Assembly (NCBI GenBank): GCA_964016885.1
Contig: OZ024742.1
Span: forward strand, 375,348,001 to 375,412,000
DNA: 64,000 nucleotides
Reading direction: 5' to 3'
DNA from: Eledone cirrhosa
Taxonomy: Eukaryota
The notes beneath the pieces were generated by a model that worked only from the letters and a program-made list of their open reading frames with translations, ran no database searches and was not told where the DNA came from. Shown piece by piece: positions 1 to 7,569 of the stretch. Position numbers and translations under genes: made by a program. Every line of letters starts with the position of its first letter. Position 1 is the stretch's first letter.

Positions 1-135
1 AATTACCACAACAGTAGTAACAACATATATGATAATGACAGTAGTAAAAAAGGTAACAACAAGAGAAGCAACAACATCAACAACAGTAACAACATATACA
101 TAGCACAGGAAATATTTAAACAAGGACAATAATGA
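1..135. repeat. AAC/AAT-rich low-complexity tract, probably the degenerate simple-repeat tail of the adjacent minus-strand SINE
   Basis: Imperfect (CAA)n/(TAA)n runs such as 'acaacatcaacaacagtaacaac' directly abut the 3' end of SINE copy 1. Confidence 0.55.
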
Positions 136-354
136 TTTCTAGTACAGGCACAAGGCCAGTAATTTTTGGGGGGAAGGGGAAAGTCGATTCAATCAACCCT
201 ATTACATTACTGGTGCTTTATTTTATCGATCCTGTAAGGATGAAAGGCAAAAGTTAACCTCGGCGGGATTTGAAATCAGACCGTAAAGGGCCGTAACTCT
301 ATGCTGCAAAGCATGGTGTCCGACTCTCTACCGATACTGCCAATCCACCGCCCT
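136..354 (-). mobile_element. tRNA-derived SINE, copy 1 (Nin/Deu-domain-like core)
   Basis: Minus strand has an A-box-like TGGCAGTATCGG and a B-box-like GATTTCAAATCCC, then GCCTTTCATCCTTACAGGATCGATAAAATAAAGCACCAG, which resembles the Nin/Deu SINE core (recognised from memory). Two more homologous copies lie within 2 kb. Confidence 0.8.
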
Positions 355-384
355 AAACAACGACAATAATAATAAAGCTACGGG

Positions 385-1454
385 TGAGACTTCTATGTCA
401 TCTAAATTGAATGGAAGGAATAAGATGAATTTAATGAATACCTGGGCTACATCTCTCATGTGGTATGGGGTAAGAGTTATTAAAAGGGGGGAAAGATGAA
501 TTGGGAAGTATTGATAGAAAACTAGGAAATTGATGACAGTGCATAAAGAACTCCACAGTAAGAGAGATGTCGCCAAGATGTTATGTTGGAAGAAAGAAAG
601 GAGGTAGAGTATTAATAAGATGTGAAAATTGTGTCAAAAGGGAAGAAAACAACCTACCTTGGTACCTTAAACATGTAAGGGGTAACATTTCAAAAGTAAG
701 AGACTTTGACACATTGAAATCAGCTGATGCTGTAGTACCTAACGAATGCAAGAAGAGAGTGAAATAAGAACTTGAAAAGGAATGGAAGGATAAATGTATT
801 GCATGGACAATACACTAGAGATAAAGAAGGCATTGGTTAGGAAAAGAACTGGCCTTGGCTGAAAATGGCGATCTAGATTAAACATCATGTTGACAAAACG
901 ATAAAATTACTATTAAATAAAATTGTGGAACAAAGGAAAAATGGTTGGCAATATTATAAGTGGATATATTAAGTTGGGACAGTGAGATTATAAGGATAAT
1001 GTTGTTAGATATATCCATTGGATGATATCTGAGAAATGTGGGTTTGTCAGAGCAACTAAATGGTATGAGAAGAGACCAGAAGGGGTGTTAGAGAAGGATG
1101 AATTTAAGCTTTTGTGGGACTTTACCATTCAATGCCATATAATGATGGGGCAAGAAGGTCAGGCATTTTAATTGTGAACAAGAAAAAAAAAAAGAGTCCT
1201 AAATTTTCGATATATCTGTCCCAGAAGATAGAAGAGTGAAGGATAAAGAGTACGAAAAGATGGAGAAGTATGAGTCACTGAGGGAGGAGGTTGGGAAGTT
1301 GTGGTGGATGAAGAAAGTTTTAGTGATTCCAGTGGTGATCGGACAGTTTTGAGGACTGTGGCAATAAAATAAGAATTGATGCAAGATTACAGGCATGCAG
1401 AAGACTGCACTTCTTAGAACAACAAGGATTTTAAGGAAAGTCTTGTCTATGTAA
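385..1454 (+). pseudogene. Decayed 3' portion of an R4/Dong-clade (RLE-type) non-LTR retrotransposon: RT thumb region to restriction-like endonuclease
   Basis: Manual translation across frameshifts and stops gives collinear motifs NKMNLMNTWATSLMWYG, (D)RKTRKLMTVHKELH, RCYVGRKKGGRVLI, WYEKRPEGVLEKDEFKLLWDFTIQC, FDISVPEDRRVKDKEYEKMEKYESLREEVGKLW..KKVLVIPVVIG and terminal MQKTALLRTTRILRKVLSM*. These match the known R4/Dong C-terminal pattern. Confidence 0.85.
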
Positions 1455-1565
1455 GACACGAGAAGATAGTTTTATCAGCTTGTTGTTGATTGCTCCATAA
1501 CTGAAATATCCAGATGGTTTAACGTCTAAGTGTTTGAAATTCATAAAAATGAACTATAATATTTG

Positions 1566-1772
1566 TTTCTGATTTAGGAACAAAGCCAACAATATTTGGG
1601 GAGGGGCAAGTCGATTAAATCGTCCCCTGTGAGTTACTGGTACTTTATTTTAGCAACCCAGTAAGTATGAAAGACAAAGCTAAGCTAGGAAGGATTTGAA
1701 CTAAGAACGTAAAAGTACGTAATTATATGTCACAAAACATGTTGCCCGACGCTCTACCGGCTTTTGCGTCCA
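1566..1772 (-). mobile_element. tRNA-derived SINE, copy 2
   Basis: Collinear with 136-354: ggggaggggcaagtcgattaaatcg...tactggtactttatttt...atgaaagacaaagc...ggatttgaact...cgacgctctacc. Confidence 0.8.
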
Positions 1773-1886
1773 CAACTATAACGGCATATGTTTGGTGGTC
1801 AGACTAAATCACCACATATCGGAAACGTTTGTCATCTGATACTGCGCCCGCTATTGTGTACTTTGGTTGATGCTGTACAAAAGAGG

Positions 1887-2020
1887 GGTGCTTTATTTTA
1901 TTGACTCCATAAGGATGAAAGACAAAGCTAAACTCGGCGGGATTTGAATTCAGAACGTAATGGACCGTAACTAAATGTCACTAAGCATTTTGTGCGACGC
2001 TCTATAGACTCGGCCATTCA
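1887..2020 (-). mobile_element. tRNA-derived SINE, copy 3 (3'-truncated)
   Basis: ggtgctttattttattgactccataaggatgaaagacaaagctaaactcggcgggatttgaattcagaacg...cgacgctcta matches copies 1 and 2. Confidence 0.78.
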
Positions 2021-2057
2021 TATTAATAATAACATAGAGTTTATTGCAATAATATTC

Positions 2058-2140
2058 ATGTATATAAATTAGTATGTATATAAATTAATATGTATATAAA
2101 TTAGTATGTAAATAAATTAGTATGTATATAAATTAGTATG
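2058..2140. repeat. 16-bp minisatellite (ATGTATATAAATTAGT), about 5 copies
   Basis: Period-16 tandem repeat read directly from the sequence. Confidence 0.85.
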
Positions 2141-2281
2141 AAACAAGTAAATAATATGATACACAGGAATTTAGTAACAAATAAATGCAATGAAAGATTT
2201 GTCACAGTCATGCAATCCTCAAAGGTGTATTACGATGCATTTTTAGATATAATTTTACGTTTGCAAACTTTACATTGGTAT

Positions 2282-2286
<5 letters not shown>

Positions 2287-2346
<60 letters not shown>
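2287..2346. repeat. (TA)n microsatellite
   Basis: About 30 perfect TA units. Confidence 0.95.
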
Positions 2347-2349
<3 letters not shown>

Positions 2350-2538
2350 AAAAAGAGATGAAATCGAAAATGCAACTGGAGTCTTATTTTTTTAAAAAAT
2401 ATATATATTTATTTGGTTCCTTTACCGGTTTCGCAGTTCTTCTGCTTTTCAAAAGGTGAGTTGAGATGGAGGGTCTGTTACTTTTGTGAAAAAATAAGAC
2501 TCCAGTTGCATTTTCGATTTCATCTCTTTTTCTTTATA
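2343..2538. repeat. 50-bp perfect inverted repeat (2343-2392 / 2489-2538) with a 96-bp spacer; likely an inverted Penelope pseudo-LTR remnant
   Basis: tataaagaaaaagagatgaaatcgaaaatgcaactggagtcttatttttt is the exact reverse complement of aaaaaataagactccagttgcattttcgatttcatctctttttctttata. The spacer holds a hammerhead motif and the unit lies between (TA)n tracts. Confidence 0.85.
2419..2456 (-). ncRNA. Minimal type I hammerhead ribozyme (Penelope pseudo-LTR type) with a U3/A8 variant core
   Basis: Minus strand reads CCUU-UUGAAAA-GCAG(AAGAA)CUGC-GAAA-CCGG-UA-AAGG: helix I CCUU/AAGG, core UUGAAAA, helix II, GAAA box, palindromic minimal helix III (ACCGGU) and a GUA cleavage triplet. Confidence 0.75.
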
Positions 2539-2601
2539 CTTTCACTCGTGTAGGACACCTCGGTTATTTTTCATTTTGTAAAAAAAAACACCTCACTTTC
2601 T

Positions 2602-2602
2602 A

Positions 2603-2642
<40 letters not shown>

Positions 2643-2700
2643 AACGATTTGAACACATATATGGATATATCTGTGTTCGTTTTTTTATTTTATATATATG

Positions 2701-2755
<55 letters not shown>

Positions 2756-2791
2756 GTATATATATACATATATACATATATATATATATAC
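2602..2791. repeat. Compound (TA)n/(TATG)/(TACA) microsatellite with a short unique interruption
   Basis: TA runs at about 2611-2640 and 2691-2791, separated by about 50 bp of other sequence. Confidence 0.9.
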
Positions 2792-2992
2792 AATATTAAA
2801 TAAATGGAAACTATATTTATAAAACCATATTTATTTCATTATATATATTTCAGGGATATCATATTAACAATATGCTATGCCTTCCTCAGACAAAATACAA
2901 TATAAACAGTTTTATAGATAAATAGATTCGACATACCGTAACAACATCTACTTGCATTTGAGAAGGTTGATTTGGTAGTGACAAAATTGTAC

Positions 2993-3200
2993 ACAGAGAG
3001 AAAGAAAGAGAGAGAGAAAGAGAGAAAAAAGAGAAAAAAGGAAAGAAAGACAGAAAACGAAGAAAAAGAAAAAGAAGAAATGCATGGAACAAAATAGAGA
3101 GATGGAAAGATAGATAAAGAGAAGAACTTCATGTAAAGAAACAGAAAGAGATATATATATATAGAGAGAGAGGAAATAGAGATAGATACATATATATAGA
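2993..3200. repeat. GA-rich purine low-complexity tract
   Basis: (GA)n/(GAAA)n/(GATA)n runs; a similar tract lies at about 3320-3368. Confidence 0.8.
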
Positions 3201-3840
3201 AAGCTAGGTAGTGGGACGTCTGTTGAATAACGTATCAATGATACATTTATTTATTTATTTATTTATTTAGCTCTAGTATTAATGTAAGGGAGATATATGG
3301 AGGGAAAACCAGCTGTTATATAGGGAGAGAAAAAATATAGAGAGAGAAAAAAAAAGAGAGAGAAAAAATTCAAAAACATCCAGACACAGGCGAGGCGTAA
3401 AAACCTCTGTTTTAATGTAGAGGTATTAGTAATTACAAAACCAGCCTCTACATTGTAAATATCAGTATTCCTGAATGAGATATGTATCCACAATGTGTGA
3501 AAATTAATGATCTTATGTTTAGTTTTTTAAAAAAATTCATATGTTTATGTGATAATTACAAACATCTATGTGAATGTACATGATCCATTCTGCAAACCCT
3601 AAGTTCACGGAAAGTATTCTCAATGCGGTATAAAAATTTAAGTATACATATATGTGTATATAGAGTCAATATTACTATTTCTGTCTCTACTCTACAAGAT
3701 TATCTATCAAGCAAAAATAGAGCAGATTTCAATATACTAATAAAAATAAAAATATATCGGAAACAAAACTAAAAATAACAAAAATAACAATAATAATAAT
3801 AAGTAATAATAAAATAGAAAACTAAGAAATATTACGAAAG

Positions 3841-3905
3841 AATATTACATATTAAAAATATTACATATTAAAAAATTTACATATTAAAAATATTAAAAAT
3901 AAAAA
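3841..3905. repeat. AT-rich tandem repeat of about 15 bp (AATATTACATATTAA), about 3-4 degenerate copies
   Basis: aatattacatattaaaaatattacatattaaaaatttacatattaaaaatattaaaaat. Confidence 0.65.
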
Positions 3906-4295
3906 TATTAGGAAATACTACAATAATAAAAATAAAATAAACCACAAAGATCAACCCTTCAAAATTAATTGACAATATATTGCCAAGTTCATTATAAACA
4001 TCAGAGTCGAAAAACAGATAAAGCCAAAAATTATCTATCAAATCGCATCTAGCAAAGATCATTTCGAAAAGTATAGGATGCCCAATTTGGTCTACATGTG
4101 TTTTTATATTTAATATAGAAGTTTATCTAGTGAAACGTTTATTCGAAATATTTGGAGCATCAACTTTTAGGGTAGCTTAATTTTTCATGAAGAATGTTTA
4201 AATAAAAATAAATAAAATAAAAATAAAAAGAATAAAAAGAGAATCAAAGATTTATCGGCTAGTTTCCCATATAATTATAAATCAAACTAAATATA

Positions 4296-6383
4296 CTACA
4301 TTTTAAATTTAAATTTATATTTAAACGTTGAGTTTAATCTATGTTTGCAACAACTGAATACATTTGTCCGTAGATTAAGGGAATTTTTAGATTTTAGTAT
4401 AAAGAATATCTCCTCTGCGCAGAGGTCACATGTCTCAGAGGATGAATTAAAAGGAATCCCTCTTGAGACTATATTCCAAGCCGTCGAATATCTAACGTTA
4501 TCTAGCTTAAGTTGCCATAGTACGCCTGATAGTGCCGTTGAAGATTTTTTACTTGGATCTGTGAAAGAATTCTTGTGGTTATTATAGCGAAGTTTAAATT
4601 CCGTCGATGTGGAACCGACGTAGTTAAAAGAATTAGAGTCAGTATTAACATTACAATTGTATACTATATTTTTAACTAAGCAGTTGTTATTTAACGGACA
4701 TTTAGATCTATCTCTACAGTTACATTTGTTAACTTGTATATTATTTATGCTGTTATCACTAGGTTTTAAGTTCCTATTATTTATTCTATTGATATTTTGT
4801 GCTAAATTTTTGGTGGATGAGTAGGTTAATTTAATTGTATGTCTATTGAAAATTGAGTGATATCTATGTGTTCTAGGGAAGCGATTATCAAGAGCTTTAA
4901 AAAATAGTTTAGCGATGTGGGTTTTAATGTTTAGTGAGAAAGGGGGGGCAAACCAAATAATGTTCCTAGTTCTATTTCTTTTTTGGCCTTTGGAATTATT
5001 GTAATGCTTTCTATTATAGTTGTTAAGGATGTTGCCGTAATTAAAAAAGTTGTTACTTTGTTTAGTTTGTCTATCATTATCTATGTACACAATCTTATCA
5101 GCATATCCTGCTCTAGCTAATGCTTCATTGTAGTATTGGGCTTTTTCGTCGAAAATCTTTCTATTCGACGAGATCCTAGAGATACGTTTTTGGACAGAGT
5201 TTACTATAGTGTTTTTGACAGATCTGGGGTGGTTAGAGTTAAAGTTTACATAGTTTAAGTTTTCATTCAACTTGTGAAAAGGATAGTGAAGACATGTGTT
5301 GAGATTTAATGTTATATCTAGGAAATTGACTATTCTATGGTTGTTTTCAATTTCTATTTTAAGATTAAAGTAATTAAAAAATTGTGTAATTTGTTTACAT
5401 TTTCTATTTAGTTCAGAGTTATTATTATCAATAAGTAAAAGCATGTCGTCTCTATATAAACCTCCGGTAGTACCGGGTATTTTCCTATGTAGCGAATTGA
5501 TTAAAAATAAACCCACAAGGTCAGTTACCTGGGCTGAGTCGGATGATCCCATAGTTATGTCAAAATTGCTATCTCTATCTGCTCTGGTCCATAGTTGGTC
5601 ATTAAATTCTATCAAAGTTTTCCTAGCCGATAATATAATATGCATTTCATTGCTAGTTAGGTCAGTATGTTTGAATGCGTAATTTAGTGCCTTATTTAGT
5701 AGATTAGGGGTAATAGAAGAATAATAGTTAGCTATATCAAGTTGAATAAACTTATTATTATTGTTATATTTAATTTGCTTAAACCACTCAACGACATCTC
5801 CAGTTCCCTTCCACAAGCTCAGGTTAGATAAACAATCCAAGTTCTTAATTTGCTGTATCACCCTGTCAAGAATGTTTTTGCTTAATTTGCCCAGGTCCGA
5901 TTTTGATGGTGCGATCAATCTAACTGGCAGGTCATTTTCAAAATTCCGCTTGTGATCTTTCATATTGATCTTCGGTTTCCTGGGCACGAAAGGTTGTGTT
6001 CTGTTCTCAATTTCCAACTCGTGCATTATACAAGATGCTTCGACATTCATTTTCTCAAGGTCGGCCTTATCTGCTACCTTGTACTTTTTCCTCAGCTCTT
6101 TCAGTATGAGGCCATTATACATGTCTTTCTGCACTCCATAGAGGTTGTTGGTCTTGTCAGATTTCACCAAGATCTTCTCAGTCTTCTCTAAGCTCCCAAT
6201 GTTATCCTTAATGCCTTTCAGATATTCCTGGCCTTTGAAGTTTCTCTTGAATTTGACCCCTTGTATGATAGAAATTATATCGTTTTCAAAGTCAGATAAA
6301 AGTTTGTTAGGGGGTGGATTTCTTTTAGATTTGAAAACTTTGTTTAAGTCCGAGACATTTTCGTTTGTATTAGATTTATCAAA
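4296..6383 (-). CDS. Penelope-like element reverse transcriptase / GIY-YIG endonuclease polyprotein (N-terminally incomplete, 695 non-satellite codons without a stop)
   Basis: RT motifs: FIQLDIANYYSSI (A), TMGSSDSAQVTDLVG (B), GLYRDD (C; 5445-5456), NFLDITL (E) and thumb YVNFNSNHP. These are followed by RNIIWFAPPFS, a CxCx5Cx5C linker (4680-4724) and GIY-YIG NIVY...YVGST..FKLRYNNH...CDLCAEE..LN. Manual translation shows the frame stays open upstream of the track's TTG start at 6170 (FDKSNTNENVSDLNKVFKSKRNPPPNKLLSDFENDIISIIQGVKFKRNFKGQEYLKGIKDNIGSLEKTEKILVKSDKT). Confidence 0.92.
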   Translation of the reverse strand, partial: FDKSNTNENVSDLNKVFKSKRNPPPNKLLSDFENDIISIIQGVKFKRNFKGQEYLKGIKDNIGSLEKTEKILVKSDKTNNLYGVQKDMYNGLILKELRKKYKVADKADLEKMNVEASCIMHELEIENRTQPFVPRKPKINMKDHKRNFENDLPVRLIAPSKSDLGKLSKNILDRVIQQIKNLDCLSNLSLWKGTGDVVEWFKQIKYNNNNKFIQLDIANYYSSITPNLLNKALNYAFKHTDLTSNEMHIILSARKTLIEFNDQLWTRADRDSNFDITMGSSDSAQVTDLVGLFLINSLHRKIPGTTGGLYRDDMLLLIDNNNSELNRKCKQITQFFNYFNLKIEIENNHRIVNFLDITLNLNTCLHYPFHKLNENLNYVNFNSNHPRSVKNTIVNSVQKRISRISSNRKIFDEKAQYYNEALARAGYADKIVYIDNDRQTKQSNNFFNYGNILNNYNRKHYNNSKGQKRNRTRNIIWFAPPFSLNIKTHIAKLFFKALDNRFPRTHRYHSIFNRHTIKLTYSSTKNLAQNINRINNRNLKPSDNSINNIQVNKCNCRDRSKCPLNNNCLVKNIVYNCNVNTDSNSFNYVGSTSTEFKLRYNNHKNSFTDPSKKSSTALSGVLWQLKLDNVRYSTAWNIVSRGIPFNSSSETCDLCAEEIFFILKSKNSLNLRTNVFSCCKHRLNSTFKYKFKFKM

Positions 6384-7569
6384 GTGCCTTTGACTTCTTC
6401 TGTGCCTTTGACTTCTTCTGTGCTTTTGACTTCTTCTGTGCCTTTGACTTCTTCTGTGCCTTCGACTTATTCTCTGCTTTTGACTTCTTCTGTGCCTTTG
6501 ACTTCTTCTGTGCCTTTGACTTCTTCTGTGCTTTTGACTTCTTCTGTGCCTTTGACTTCTTCTGTGCGTTTGACTTCTTCTGTGCCTTTGACTTCTTCTG
6601 TGCCTTTGACTTCTTCTGTGCTTTTGTTTTCTTCTGTGCTTTTGACTTCTTCTGTGCCTTTGTCTTCTTCTGTGCCTTTGACTTCTTCTGTGCCTTTGAC
6701 TTCTTCAGTGCCTTTGACTTCTTCTGTGCCTTTGACTTCTTCTGTGCCTTTGACTTCTTCTGTGCTTTTGACTTCTTCTGTGCCTTTGACTTCTTCTGTG
6801 CTTTTGACTTCTTCTGTGACTTTGACTTCTTCTGTGCTTTTGACTTCTTCTGTGCATTTGACTTCTTCTGTGCCTTTGACTTCTTCTGTGCCTTTGTCTT
6901 CTTCTGTGCCTTTGACTTCTTCTGTGCCTTTGACTTCTTCTGTGCTTTTGTTTTCTTCTGTGCTTTTGACTTCTTCTGTGCCTTTGACTTCTTCTGTGCC
7001 TTTGACTTCTTCTGTGCCTTTGACTTCTTCTGTGCTTTTGTTTTCTTCTGTGCTTTTGACTTCTTCTGTGCCTTTGTCTTCTTCTGTGCCTTTGACTTCT
7101 TCTGTGCCTTTGACTTCTTCTGTGCTTTCGACTTCTTCTGTGCCTTTGACTTCTTCTGTGCCTTTGACTTCTTCTGTGCCTTTGTCTTCTTCTGTGCCTT
7201 TGACTTCTTCTGTGCCTTTGACTTCTTCTGTGCTTTTGTTTTCTTCTGTGCTTTAGACTTCTTCTGTGCCTTTGACTTCTTCTGTGCCTTTGACTTCTTC
7301 TGTGCCTTTGACTTCTTCTGTGCTTTTGTTTTCTTCTGTGCTTTTGACTTCTTCTGTGCCTTTGTCTTCTTCTGTGCCTTTGTCCTCTTCTGTGCTTTTG
7401 ACTTCTTCTGTGCCTTTGACTTCTTCTGTGCTTTTGAATTCTTCTGTGCCTTTGACTTCTTCTGTGGTTTTGACTTCTTCTGTGCCTTTGACTTCTTCTG
7501 TGCTTTAGACTTCTTCTGTGCCTTTGACTTCTTCTGTGCCTTTGACTTCTTCTGTGCCTTTGACTTCTT

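Larger units (their letters stand above)
2792..6383 (-). mobile_element. 5'-incomplete Penelope-like retrotransposon (C-terminal GIY-YIG EN+); the 3' boundary is uncertain
   Basis: Contains the RT-EN ORF. The AT-rich sequence between the stop codon (4296) and the (TA)n tract at 2791 may be 3' UTR/pseudo-LTR, but its extent cannot be fixed from one copy. Confidence 0.55.

Noticed and set aside
2436-2452. Similarity between the hammerhead helix II region (ttcttctgcttttc) and the satellite monomer (ttcttctgtgcttttg), suggesting the satellite derives from the ribozyme
   Set aside because: The match is only about 14 low-complexity pyrimidine-rich bases with a gap, well within chance.
328-4062. 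Short ORFs of 60-96 aa in the first 4 kb, and + strand ORFs antisense to the PLE
   Set aside because: They are translations of microsatellites or low-complexity DNA, antisense shadows, or (567-767) a fragment of the decayed LINE.
2792-4295. Second hammerhead or 3' pseudo-LTR directly downstream of the PLE stop codon
   Set aside because: Reading by eye found only partial matches (e.g. GAAACTAG near 4258-4265 on minus) without a valid core or helices; a covariance-model search is needed.
6168-6170. TTG start assigned by the ORF track to the PLE protein
   Set aside because: The frame is open and PLE-like for about 70 more codons upstream, so the true start is missing from this copy or lies elsewhere.
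6705-6707. In-frame TGA upstream of the PLE ORF as a selenocysteine codon (as in some Naiad PLEs)
   Set aside because: It lies in the satellite as a recurrent tct>tca variant and not at a conserved Cys. The element has a C-terminal rather than N-terminal EN, and I recognised no SECIS.
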